Below are positions 1 through 9,386 of a stretch of DNA of 64,000 nt, in pieces. The notes under the pieces were generated by a model. It saw only the letters and a program-made list of their open reading frames with translations. It did not search any database and was not told where the DNA came from. The stretch spans positions 4,713-68,712 of the forward strand of contig JAKACW010000015.1 of the NCBI GenBank assembly GCA_021821045.1. Direction: 5' to 3'. Source of the stretch: Pseudomonadota bacterium. GTDB lineage: Bacteria > Pseudomonadota > Gammaproteobacteria > JAADHS01. A program made the position numbers and the translations under genes. Position 1 is the stretch's first letter. Each line of letters opens with the position of its first letter.

Positions 1-323
1 GTTCTCGGCGGAAGCGATGGCACCGAGGCGATCGAGGCATTGCAGCTTTTCGGCAAAGGTTGCGCTCTCGGCAAGCGGCTCCCCTTTCAAGACGAGCAAA
101 CCGGGAAGCACGCGCTCACCCAGCGTGTCTTGGAGCTTGATGAAGCGGTATGCGAGTTGATTGAGCAACCGGCGTTGTTCGGAGGTGAGGCGCGTAACGG
201 TCTCAGCGATGAATGAACGGGATCGTTCAATTGCAGCGAGCGCCTTGGCAAGCAAGCCCACATGTATCTTGCACTCGGCAATGCTGCACGCGGTTTCTCG
301 ATAACGCTCGCAGCTGGATTCAT
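1..323 (-). pseudogene. HEPN-type nucleotidyltransferase substrate-binding partner (toxin), frameshifted near codon 14 and truncated by the window edge
   Basis: ATG at 323 overlaps the MNT stop (ATGA). After a frame change near 280 the minus strand reads IAECKIHV...RLLNQLAYRFIKLQDTLGERVLP...TFAEKLQCLDRLGAI, typical of this HEPN family. Not in the ORF track. Confidence 0.65.
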
Positions 324-620
324 TCTCGCAGGGCGACTTCGTGAATAAGCAATTTGGCTCCAGAACCGGCCGACAGCACCACCAAATCGATTTTCTCCTC
401 GTCGAACTCGACTGTGCCGTGCAAGCGCGCAAGGCAGTGAAGCTTTCGGTCGATGACTAAATCCGGATCCGCGATTGACGTCGTCACCAAGAAATCATGG
501 TCGCCCCCGCGCCGGCTGTCATCGACGCGCGAGCCAAACACGAACACCTCGGCGTCGGAACCGAATACCTCCTTCACCACGGCTTTGACAACACGCTTTT
601 TGCGCTTCAGTTAAACGCAC
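320..620 (-). pseudogene. Minimal nucleotidyltransferase (MNT antitoxin) with a +1 frameshift in an A5 run near the N-terminus
   Basis: Motif FGSRVDDSRRGGDHDFLV. The canonical start GTG-CGT-TTA-ACT-GAA (MRLTEAQK) at 620 is out of frame with RVVKAVVKEVFG by one extra A. Confidence 0.7.
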
Positions 621-653
621 CGATCGCCCCCCGGTAGCCACTCACGATCAACA

Positions 654-919
654 TTACATCCAAGATATATCCGCACGAACAACCGCGAGAATTGCATCAC
701 GAAAAAGGATGATGTCGCCAAGGTGATCGCGCAAAATCGCGACAACGATATCCACATCGACGTCAGCGTACTGTAAGCAAGCCGCTTTGACCTAGCACTT
801 CGTAGGTGTTGGCATAACTGGTCGCGACGGGGAGGTTGCGGGCCGCGAAACTCGTCGAGCTGAGCAAGAAACGTGTCAAGCTCGGAAAGCTTACGAAGGA
901 CCAAGTCCGAATCAACCAA
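654..919 (-). pseudogene. DUF86/HepT-like HEPN toxin remnant with two internal deletions
   Basis: Three fragments joined by two frame changes: MVDSDLVLRKLSELDTFL..., RNLPVATSYANTYEVLGQSG, and QYADVDVDIVVAILRDHLGD. The RX4H catalytic segment normally preceding QY is missing. Confidence 0.7.
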
Positions 920-1346
920 CACCGTATCTCCGTTGAAGAATTGCGCGCTCAAGATACCTGAAATCGAAAAACATCCGCCGCGTCAGGGACTCATACTCAT
1001 AACGCCGCGAAGGATCCCGATCGACCAATACCTTGGCGTCGGCCAGCACGCGCCCCGCCAACGAGAGAGGCGCGGTATTCAGAACGACGATGTCGACGGC
1101 ATCCGACGCCAAAAACGTGCCCAGCTCCGCCGCCAAATTGGCCTTCACCTCGCCGTGGGAAACGTGCTCGTCCAGAAAAACGGCGATGTCCAGATCACTC
1201 AGCGGCGTTACCCTGCCGCGGGCCACGCCACCGAACACATACGCAAACACGACCGATGGATTCCGCTCGATAAGCCGCCCCACCGCAGGCAGGCGGTCGA
1301 CAACATCAGTCGGCAACGGCGTATCGACATGTCGCATCGGCAGCAA
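912..1346 (-). CDS. Minimal nucleotidyltransferase (MntA-like antitoxin)
   Basis: Motifs VFAYVFGGVARG...LSDLDIAV and VDIVVLN.AP. Stop overlaps the DUF86 remnant start. True start may be slightly downstream. Confidence 0.85.
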   Translation of the reverse strand: MLPMRHVDTPLPTDVVDRLPAVGRLIERNPSVVFAYVFGGVARGRVTPLSDLDIAVFLDEHVSHGEVKANLAAELGTFLASDAVDIVVLNTAPLSLAGRVLADAKVLVDRDPSRRYEYESLTRRMFFDFRYLERAILQRRYGVG

Positions 1347-1395
1347 CCCCTCGAACTGGTGAACCGAATTCTACCACGGCCGGCGTGCGGGCTAC

Positions 1396-1545
1396 TCACT
1401 CAGGAACCCCCCTCCCCAGCAGCCACTCGGTAGCCGTAACCACATTCTTATCCTGCACCGCACCCACAACCCCGGGCTCATCCAGGGTAATCAACAGTCG
1501 CTTCGCCCGCGAGCGATCACTGCCCGCTTCGTCCGACGCCCGGAT
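1396..1545 (-). pseudogene. C-terminal fragment resembling AAA_14/DUF4143 ATPases
   Basis: Minus frame reads IRASDEAG...AKRLLITLDEP...VVTATEWLLG*, similar to the C-terminal 'LLIT.DE...V.A.EWLL' of that family. It is preceded by an in-frame TAA. Confidence 0.4.
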
Positions 1546-1653
1546 TTACCATCCGAAGGACAATTGGCGTAACTCGCGCAAGAGCTGGATGGGCGCGCCG
1601 ACGGAAACCGAGCGCCAAGGCTAACCGACCGTCTGCAAAATGGCTTACTCAAA

Positions 1654-2787
1654 CTAAAACGGCGCTCGAGGATCATCGAGCGTAAAGTCAAAGAAATCGT
1701 CCAACCTGGGTCGCGGCGGCACTCGGTATTCTTTCAGCCAAGCTTTCAGGCGCTGCGGATTCTGAAAATCCTGGATGTCATGCTGCAAAGCGGCAATACT
1801 TTCTTTCAGCCCCCGGATGTCATCACGCAGGCAGGTCATCAACAGCGCGGGTGTTGGGCGCGTGTACGGAGGCATGTCCAGCCTGGCCATGACGGGCCAC
1901 ACGATGGCGTCGATCTCGCTTTGCAACTCTTTGCACTGCTCATTCAAAATCTTGTTGTAGTGAACGAGGCGCTCTTCCGGAAGGCGGTCGACGCGCGATT
2001 GATCAACTTGCTCGACTTCCAACTGCAGTTCCAGAAGCTGTAACAAGTCCTTCTTGTTGTAGGCGACGTTCACCCGCTGCATCAGTTCGGTCTTGCGTTG
2101 GCGCTGCGCTTCGTCCCGCTCGCGATCCGGGTGCAGCACCGCGGCGAGTTTGCGGTAGACCTCCTGAATGGACTTGCGGATGTTCAAGGCCTCGGCTTCC
2201 TGCCGCTGCTCTCGCTCCAACTGTTTGGGTGATTTCTTGCGCTTGGCCCTGCGCGATTCGGCTCTTGCCCGCTCTTCGTCGAGCCGTTGCTGGGCATATG
2301 CGCGCACTTGTTCGGGATCGTTAACGTCAAGCTCGTCCGGAAACTCGATACCAAACATGTCCTCCATCATGACTTTGGCCATGTCGCCGGCGACTTCGTT
2401 TTTCTCATCGAAGGTCACGTCGCTGTATTTATCGTGTAGCGCCTTGAGCGCGGCATCGTCCCTTCGCCCAAGAAGTTCATCCACCAGCGTGCAGATCAGG
2501 TGGCGCAGCTTGGTCTTGTCGCGCTTCTTGAACAGTTTGTTGTCATGGGCATGATCCAGCAAGTAGGCGAAGTCTTTCCGCTGCGCATCGAACGCTTCCA
2601 TCAGGGGCATATAGTCAGCCGCCACGGCGCGGTCGTAAGCGGATACCCCCTCCTGCCATTCGCGCAGTTGTTGCTTAAGCGCATCGATCTTTTTGGTCAG
2701 CTGATTAAAACGCCGTTGACCTTTGGATGGCGACGCACGCGGCGGTACCGGTGGGGTGAGTTCAAATTGAGTATTGGATTGGGTCAT
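1654..2787 (-). CDS. J-domain (DnaJ-like) coiled-coil protein
   Basis: Internal J-domain signature YRKLAAVLHPDRE...MQRVNVAY. Start taken at MTQSNT. Confidence 0.8.
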   Translation of the reverse strand: MTQSNTQFELTPPVPPRASPSKGQRRFNQLTKKIDALKQQLREWQEGVSAYDRAVAADYMPLMEAFDAQRKDFAYLLDHAHDNKLFKKRDKTKLRHLICTLVDELLGRRDDAALKALHDKYSDVTFDEKNEVAGDMAKVMMEDMFGIEFPDELDVNDPEQVRAYAQQRLDEERARAESRRAKRKKSPKQLEREQRQEAEALNIRKSIQEVYRKLAAVLHPDRERDEAQRQRKTELMQRVNVAYNKKDLLQLLELQLEVEQVDQSRVDRLPEERLVHYNKILNEQCKELQSEIDAIVWPVMARLDMPPYTRPTPALLMTCLRDDIRGLKESIAALQHDIQDFQNPQRLKAWLKEYRVPPRPRLDDFFDFTLDDPRAPF

Positions 2788-3070
2788 AACGTTCTCCGCC
2801 TGCGCATATGATAGAACACACATCAAACCAACTCCATAAGATCTCTCAGCCGCACGGCCTTAACGATTCGTGTCGGGGCGCTGTTGGGCGGCTTGATTTT
2901 GGGATCTCATGGAGCGGTTAATTTACAAGTTATGATAAGAATCGCGCGGACAAACATTCATTGCGTCAGATGGTTATAAAATAACCGCCTCATAGTTTTG
3001 ACGAGGAAATTCAGGGATAGATCTTCGTCGGAATCCGGGGACCAGCATGCGAGGCACAGTCGACGGAGCA

Positions 3071-3223
3071 ATCGGGGCTAAAGCCTCTCCTACAGCAAAG
3101 GCGCGGCGGGATCGCGGATGCGCATGGTCGCCAAAGGGTGGGATGTTCGTAGATCCGGCCGCGGTTTGAACCGGGGCCAAGAATTCTTCGGGCGAAGAAT
3201 CGCGAAAGGAATTCGCTCCCACA
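3071..3223. repeat. REP-like units (3071-3094, 3199-3223)
   Basis: ATCGGGGCTAAAGCCTCTCCTACA and ATCGCGAAAGGAATTCGCTCCCACA. 3188-3223 is the exact reverse complement of 14352-14387. Confidence 0.8.
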
Positions 3224-3246
3224 GGAGCTATGGTCACCGGACGGGT

Positions 3247-4854
3247 CTACCCCCCAATCGTCCCATTAACAATCGGCTCAAACGCCGTCAGGCTATCGAT
3301 CGACGCCGCGTTTCCGAGCCCGTGATTCGGGAACAATGCCCCGAGCTGGCCTTGCTCGCCGTGCAGCGCGAGGTAGTTGAGAACGACCGTTTCGACCAGC
3401 AGGTTGACGTTGTTCGCCGCCGGGGTGGCGGAAGTTTCGACGGAGGCATCGGCCCGCATGTAGCCGATTTGTTGGTGGCGAGCTTGTTCGTCGGCGGTGG
3501 CGCCGATGAGGGTCGGCCGGCCGGCGGGATTGTAGACGAGGAAGAACGATGCCGCCGTTTCCGAGCTGTCGCCGGTCCACACGCCTTTACCGCGCCCGTT
3601 CGCGGAGTCATCGATCATGCCATTGCTGAACACCGAGCCGTCGCTGAGCACGTACACCATCAGCGGGACACCAAGACGGGCGGCGTACTCCAGACAGGCG
3701 CCGATGCAGCGGCCGGCGCGCAAATCGCGAGTCTCTCCGGCCGAACGATCGCCGGTGTGGTAGTCGTAGCCGCCCATGGTGATGGTGCCGGCGCCGGCGA
3801 AACCGTTGACCACGAGCTTCATTACGGAAGCGGTTTTGGCGAATTCGCCGTCGCTGGTCAGATCCGTCGCTGTGAAAATGGGCGCAACAGCACCACCGCC
3901 GAGGATGTTAGCGTCGATCGACGGATTCAACGTGGTCGGATCACCGTAACGATCCACCAGGTCCGCGGCCTTGACGTAGCCGCAGCGCACCAGGTCTTTC
4001 ACCACCGCGTCCGTGGCGAGTTGAGTGTCAATGCGGCCCATCCGTTGGTTGCTCACACGCTGAATGGACTCCATTACCGCCACCGCGTCCGCCTGGCTTA
4101 ATAGTCCGACGAGTCGTCCGGTGTCGACCAGACCCGTGACGTCGCTCGGACGGTCCACTTTGGTCGGGCGCACTTCCAGATTGATCATCGCGGCTGGCGC
4201 CATGGAGTTGCCGCCCGAATCCGAACTCCGCGAACCGATCAACGTCAGCAGCTCGCCATCGGCCCCCGCTCTGTTGATACCGTACATAGGATTGTGCGGG
4301 TTGTTGCCGGTGTCGTTATCCGAGCGCGCGGGGATTACGGCGCCGTTGATGTTGGCCGCCGTAGTCAGCGAAACCTTTTCCAGAATGCCGCGCAAAAATG
4401 CGCTGTCGGAATGGAAGGAAAGGCCAAGGCTACTATTGATGAAATCGCTGGTACCGGTTTGCGGATTGACTACCGAGGGAATCATGTCGCCCGGCAGTCC
4501 CAGTTTGTTGTAGCCTGCGGTGGAGAGAAAATCCAACTGCCCACCTTGCTTGCCCACCAGCACATTGGAGCCCGCGATGTTGGCGCCACCTGCCAGGTCG
4601 AAGCAAATGAAGGGAATCTTGCCGGCGCCCTGGGTGGCGATGCCGCATGCGGTTTTGAGTGCTTGCATGTCGGCCGACACGGCCGAGAATGCGGCGCGGG
4701 GATTGGCAAATAGTCCGAATATGGAGGGCGCGGCAACAACGCCAAGGCCTTTCAAGAACCCTTGCGCAAGGAAATCGCGGCGCGTAACAGGGCGCTTGTG
4801 CTCCAAATGGCGCAGCGGTTCATCCGGTGACAATGTGCCTTGCTTCTTTGCCAT
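3247..4854 (-). CDS. Tat-exported DUF1501-like protein (family often mislabelled 'general secretion pathway protein GspF')
   Basis: Twin-arginine motif PVTRRDFLAQGF. FDLAGG and GGYDYH motifs are reminiscent of DUF1501. No GspF-like transmembrane pattern. Confidence 0.7.
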   Translation of the reverse strand: MAKKQGTLSPDEPLRHLEHKRPVTRRDFLAQGFLKGLGVVAAPSIFGLFANPRAAFSAVSADMQALKTACGIATQGAGKIPFICFDLAGGANIAGSNVLVGKQGGQLDFLSTAGYNKLGLPGDMIPSVVNPQTGTSDFINSSLGLSFHSDSAFLRGILEKVSLTTAANINGAVIPARSDNDTGNNPHNPMYGINRAGADGELLTLIGSRSSDSGGNSMAPAAMINLEVRPTKVDRPSDVTGLVDTGRLVGLLSQADAVAVMESIQRVSNQRMGRIDTQLATDAVVKDLVRCGYVKAADLVDRYGDPTTLNPSIDANILGGGAVAPIFTATDLTSDGEFAKTASVMKLVVNGFAGAGTITMGGYDYHTGDRSAGETRDLRAGRCIGACLEYAARLGVPLMVYVLSDGSVFSNGMIDDSANGRGKGVWTGDSSETAASFFLVYNPAGRPTLIGATADEQARHQQIGYMRADASVETSATPAANNVNLLVETVVLNYLALHGEQGQLGALFPNHGLGNAASIDSLTAFEPIVNGTIGG

Positions 4855-4868
4855 AGCTAACCTCGTTT

Positions 4869-4972
4869 ATCGCGGATGAATCCGCTCCTACTTTCGGGTG
4901 CCGCGAGACTGTGGGAGCGGTTTCCTACCGCGATTCTTCGCCAAGTCGATCGCGGAATGATCCGCTCCCACA
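4869..4972. repeat. REP cluster (three units, including an inverted dimer 4910-4972)
   Basis: TGTGGGAGCGGTTTCCTACCGCGAT...ATCGCGGAATGATCCGCTCCCACA, plus ATCGCGGATGAATCCGCTCCTAC. Confidence 0.85.
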
Positions 4973-4986
4973 ATGTCGATCCACAG

Positions 4987-7563
4987 TTACTGCATTAAGA
5001 TGCCCGCACTACCCAACGTCGCCGAGCACATTGCCTTCACGATGGTGCGCGTGCGTGTTTGGTCGCAGCCGGTCGGGCAACTCGCCGTCAATCGGTCAAA
5101 CAAATTGGTAATGTTGTAATTTGTTCCGAGCACGTTGTACGTCGTCGCGCCGGGTCCGATCAGTTCTGCTTTGACCTCCGCCAACGTCGGCATATCAGCC
5201 AACGCCGCGCCGCTACCCGGCAACCCGAGCACCTTGTCGTACAGCGCATTGACGATCTGATTCTTCGCCGCCGTGTCGCCCGAACCGAACGCCGTCGCCA
5301 CATCGGAGGTGAAGCCGAAGGCGCCGAAGAAGTTTGTGCGCAGGGTCGCGTCTTCCACCATGGCGTCACAGTAGCTGATGGCCAGTTGCGTCACCGCCAT
5401 TTGATGGGCGGACAAGAAGCCTTCAATGTTCTCCACCGTCGGCAGTTGTTGCTTGATGGTGGTGAACGTGGTATCGACGTCGGCGTTAGTCGTGCTCACA
5501 CCGGTGATCTGCGACATCGATGCATTGATTTCATCGAAGGTGCGCATGCCGATATCGGATACCGGATCCAGATCAACCGCCGGCGCCGCGGTCAACGTCG
5601 ACTCTTCGGTCACCACATTGACGTTCGCGCCCAACGTTTCGAAGGTCAGGAAAAACTCGTCCTGATCCGCGCCCTTTTCCTTGGCGATCACGGTGCCCAA
5701 CGTCGACAGAACTTGCCCGCTGCTCGTGTACACGGCATCGCTGATCACGGTATCCAAGTTGCGGTAGGCCTGGCCGATACTTGCTTCCTTGCCGTTGATG
5801 CCAATACGCATGGCCTTGACGGGAATGCTGGCACCGGGCGAGGCCAACGGATCCAGGATGATGAACGTCGGCCTATAGAACAAGTAACCGTAACTGTCGA
5901 ACTCGCTCACTTCGAGATAGACATAGCTGTCGGGAATACCAATCAGATCGCTGACGCTGAACAGCAGGAAGAATTTCTCGCCCACGCCCACTTCGAAGTT
6001 CTGTTGAATCTGCTCGGCGGTCAGCGCGCGGCTGTGAATCGCGACCAGGCGCAGTTTGCCTTGCCATTGCCGGTCGTTGGACACTTCATTGCCGAGAACA
6101 AAGGCAAACGTGTCATCCCAATCGTTGAGATTCCCGCCCACTTGCGGGTCCAGGTCGCCGGTATATTCGCCGTTGACGTAAATCTTGCGGCCGCCGACGG
6201 CATCGAAGGTGACAACCACATGTTGTTGCGTCGCCTGCAGCCGTTCGTCCGCATCGGCGGTGGACAACGCCGGCATGCCGTTCGCGTCCGTCGAGCTGGA
6301 GCGATTCTGGAACACGTAGTTGTACTGCACCTGCCCCAGGGTAAAGTTGCGCGTCGTCGTTCCGCCGGAGTAGCTGATGATGCCGGCCGGCCCTTCTTGG
6401 GTGACGTTGCCCGGCACCACCCACGCTTCGATGGAGTATTCGCCGGTGGCTTGAATATGCTCGATGAGTTTGCGGCTCGACGCGGTCGAGGCCTGCGCTT
6501 TGCCGCTGATGAACTCGATACCCCAGCCGCCGACCCAACGGTAGTTGATGTCTTCCGTTCCCGAAAGGTTCAGGTGCATGGCCGGTTCGATGCCGCTGGT
6601 GTCATAGGCCGTCGAACCGGAGCCGGTTTTGAACTCCCACTTGGCGATGAGGTTGGCTTCATGGCGGCTGCCGCCGGCGGCGACGATGCCGTCAGTCAGC
6701 AGCAGCGCTTTGCTCACCACCAACTGCGGATCGATGGTCGTCAGCGGAATACCGGCGGCGAAGGCTTCAATGGCGGCCTGCATGGTATTCGCATCGGCGG
6801 CGCAATCACCGCTCCAGCAATTGTGAAACTCCTCACGCAAGCGCACCACGAGACGGGAGTTAGCAGGCGTATCCAAATCGATCTTGCGGCTGGCGCGGAC
6901 GGCTTCGTATGCCGAGTCCGCGTCGGCATTGGCGAAGAACGGCGCCTGCGGCACTTGCGCCGAGTCGGTGTGGCAGCCTGAGCAACGCGCGATCAAAATC
7001 GGATGAACCGTCGCCGCGAACGACGCCGAGTCAGCCGGGAAGTTGCGGCTCGATCCCGGATCCTTGATCACCGGCGCTTCGAGTTCGATGGTTGTGGTCG
7101 CGGACTCCACGGTGCCGCCGGCCCAAGCGGAGATGTAGGCCGCCATCACTGCGCCGCACGCGCTGTCGCTATCCAACCAGCAGTTGTGGCCGGCGGCCAC
7201 CTTGGTCACCAAACGAGAATCGGACGGCGACTGCAAACTCACCAGATTGATCGCTTCGCTGTAAGCGAGATTGACGTCATCGTCGCGGGCGAACATCGGC
7301 GACTGACCGCCCGCGCCATGGCATCCGCCGCAGCGGTTGGTGGGCTTGATGTTCTCCCATAAGTTGGTCATGAACGCCTGGACATCGCCGGTGGCCGGCG
7401 CGGCGCCGGTATAGGACCGCACGGTGCTGGCGGTCGGCGGGTTGGTCGCCGTCGGCACACTTTCAAGACATCCCGCCAGAAACAGCGCCATCGCAACAAG
7501 GGCAATCCATCCACGCACGCGGCCGACCATAGCAAACACGGTACTGAGCTGATTTGCGTGCAT
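4987..7563 (-). CDS. Diheme c-type cytochrome lipoprotein with LamG/concanavalin-like domain
   Basis: Lipobox FLAGC. CGGCH and CSGCH are each followed downstream by HNCW. LamG motifs YSIEAWV, HVVVTFD...KIYVNG and WQGKLRLVAIHSRALT. Confidence 0.8.
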   Translation of the reverse strand: MHANQLSTVFAMVGRVRGWIALVAMALFLAGCLESVPTATNPPTASTVRSYTGAAPATGDVQAFMTNLWENIKPTNRCGGCHGAGGQSPMFARDDDVNLAYSEAINLVSLQSPSDSRLVTKVAAGHNCWLDSDSACGAVMAAYISAWAGGTVESATTTIELEAPVIKDPGSSRNFPADSASFAATVHPILIARCSGCHTDSAQVPQAPFFANADADSAYEAVRASRKIDLDTPANSRLVVRLREEFHNCWSGDCAADANTMQAAIEAFAAGIPLTTIDPQLVVSKALLLTDGIVAAGGSRHEANLIAKWEFKTGSGSTAYDTSGIEPAMHLNLSGTEDINYRWVGGWGIEFISGKAQASTASSRKLIEHIQATGEYSIEAWVVPGNVTQEGPAGIISYSGGTTTRNFTLGQVQYNYVFQNRSSSTDANGMPALSTADADERLQATQQHVVVTFDAVGGRKIYVNGEYTGDLDPQVGGNLNDWDDTFAFVLGNEVSNDRQWQGKLRLVAIHSRALTAEQIQQNFEVGVGEKFFLLFSVSDLIGIPDSYVYLEVSEFDSYGYLFYRPTFIILDPLASPGASIPVKAMRIGINGKEASIGQAYRNLDTVISDAVYTSSGQVLSTLGTVIAKEKGADQDEFFLTFETLGANVNVVTEESTLTAAPAVDLDPVSDIGMRTFDEINASMSQITGVSTTNADVDTTFTTIKQQLPTVENIEGFLSAHQMAVTQLAISYCDAMVEDATLRTNFFGAFGFTSDVATAFGSGDTAAKNQIVNALYDKVLGLPGSGAALADMPTLAEVKAELIGPGATTYNVLGTNYNITNLFDRLTASCPTGCDQTRTRTIVKAMCSATLGSAGILMQ

Positions 7564-7567
7564 AGGA

Positions 7568-8791
7568 TCAATTTCCCTTGCAGTACGCGGCGCTCTCGGC
7601 GAACACCTGCTTCATGTTGTAGTTGCTGGCTTTGAAGGACGTCGTCATGGCGTCGATTTGAGCGCGATCCGCCGCATCGACGGGCGTGCGCAAGCAGACG
7701 GTCTTGAAGACCTTTTTAACTTGGCACTGGGCAAAGGCTTCGCTCTCGGCCAGCTCGACACCTAACGACGCTGCGCCATTGCCGCCGCCGCTCAAGCCGC
7801 GATTGTTGGTGTCCCATCCCAGGTAGGCGTTGGGCCCGACCCGCCAATAGTTATCCCAGCGGTCGTCGGGAGTGACGTAGCCATATTGGAAGACGTCGGC
7901 GTTGATGTGGTACTTCGCCTGTACGCGCGTGCCGGTGGCCGGGTCGACGGTGCCCGCGCCGTTGTAGACGATCCGTCCGGCGGTTTCGTCATAGTTGTAA
8001 TAGGCGAAGGCTTGCGCCATGGGATCCATGCCGGCATGGCACCCAAGGCAAGAGTTGAGATAGATTCGGCTGTCGCCGCCGGGGCTGCGCGACACGTCCT
8101 GGCGGATGCGATCCGGCGCGCGCGTTACGTCCTTCACCTGCTCCAGGTCGTTGCACAGATGGTTCATCAGCGTGAAGCGAAACATGGCTCGATTGGTGCC
8201 GGCGACGAAGAACGCCTCAGCGGCGGCTCGCGTCGTCATCACGCCGGCGATAGCCGCGGCCGGAAGATCGGTCACCGCCGTTTGGGTGGTCGCGACGAGG
8301 CCGGTCTTGAGATCGACGCCCTGGCTCTCCATCTGCTCGTAGTGATTATTGTTGGTCATGGAGTAGGCAGGCAGGCCGAGGTTCGACGCACCCACGTAAA
8401 GAATGTCGGCCGAGAGCAGCGTATTGAACGGCACCTCGTCTCGGACCATGCCGATCACGGTGGCGGTGTAGTCATTGAGGGGGGCGAACGCCGTTTGGTC
8501 CTCATTGGTCCACGGCGTCACCATGTTCTTGAGGGTGACGCTGTAGAACGCGCTGTTGTCCATCGCACGATCGGCCGCCGCAATGTAGCCGCCCGGGCCG
8601 GCGATATCGGCAACCATCAGATCCAGAACCGATTCGGTGGGCGGCACACCGGCGATGCGATCGTGGATGCGCTTGGCTTGCTCGCGCGGACCGGCCTGGG
8701 TCGCCGTAGCAAGGGCCAACCCAAGGCAACCCGCAACCAGCGCGGTGCCGGCGCGGCGGAGTCGAGGCTTTATATATATAGGTATGCGCAT
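7568..8791 (-). CDS. Exported monoheme cytochrome c, DUF1588/DUF1585 (PSCyt/PSD)-like
   Basis: Signal peptide ending ATQA. CLGCHAGMDP heme motif. C-terminal FAQCQVKKVF...FKASNYNMKQVF resembles PSD2. Confidence 0.75.
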   Translation of the reverse strand: MRIPIYIKPRLRRAGTALVAGCLGLALATATQAGPREQAKRIHDRIAGVPPTESVLDLMVADIAGPGGYIAAADRAMDNSAFYSVTLKNMVTPWTNEDQTAFAPLNDYTATVIGMVRDEVPFNTLLSADILYVGASNLGLPAYSMTNNNHYEQMESQGVDLKTGLVATTQTAVTDLPAAAIAGVMTTRAAAEAFFVAGTNRAMFRFTLMNHLCNDLEQVKDVTRAPDRIRQDVSRSPGGDSRIYLNSCLGCHAGMDPMAQAFAYYNYDETAGRIVYNGAGTVDPATGTRVQAKYHINADVFQYGYVTPDDRWDNYWRVGPNAYLGWDTNNRGLSGGGNGAASLGVELAESEAFAQCQVKKVFKTVCLRTPVDAADRAQIDAMTTSFKASNYNMKQVFAESAAYCKGN

Positions 8792-8991
8792 AGCCCTACC
8801 GTTTCTTCTTGTGGTCGCGGCCGTGTCGTCATGACACCGGCGTCGCGAGTCGACCCGTGCGCATCCGTGCAAAAAGATATATGGAATCAGTATGTTATAA
8901 ATCTGCTGCCGACAATCATGGGCAACAGGCGACGGCTACAAGGTTGTCGAGCCGGCGTACGGAAACTCTAGTGCTTGGGGGTCTGCTGATT

Positions 8992-9007
8992 GTTGATTCA
9001 CTTCACA
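8992..9007. promoter_or_regulatory. Weak CRP-family site
   Basis: GTTGA-ttcact-TCACA. Confidence 0.35.
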
Positions 9008-9137
9008 GCCCTATGTTTTTATTGTCGGCCGTTCGTTCTTTTGCGCACTGGAGCCCGCTTTTGAGGACGGGCGCCATCTTAGCAAGCGCTTTTTATCAAT
9101 ATTATTCTGGATACTACGGATTCGGCCCTGCAAATTG

Positions 9138-9153
9138 TGTGACGCAGTTCACA
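9138..9153. promoter_or_regulatory. CRP/Vfr/Clp-type binding site in the divergent promoter region
   Basis: Perfect TGTGA-cgcagt-TCACA with AT-rich flanks (AAATTG...CTTTT). Confidence 0.75.
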
Positions 9154-9386
9154 CTTTTCCATATTCCCATCTATTCGTGATGGGACTCTCTGAAACAGCC
9201 GTACCAGCGGCCCACACTATCCCTCGCTCAGGCAAATACTAAAAATTCGCCCTAATCCACGCCATGACTTAAGGATATATCCATCGATGCCGACTACAGC
9301 TTCAAGTGCAGGGAAAGCACTCAATATCAATAGGGACAGCATCATGACGGCTTGCCATCGCAGCCGCGGTCACCAAGGCCAATAAC

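Noticed and set aside
611..952. 113-aa ORF as an intact gene
   Set aside because: Only about 26 codons match DUF86; the remainder is out-of-frame read-through of a deleted pseudogene.
3247..4854. Type II secretion GspF
   Set aside because: It has a Tat signal and a soluble body, lacks GspF transmembrane topology, and has no gspE/G neighbours.
5059..6981. 640-aa plus-strand ORF, and similar long antisense ORFs at 3118, 7886, 45944, 50466 and 52041
   Set aside because: These are antisense shadows of well-supported genes in GC-rich DNA and have no recognisable motifs.
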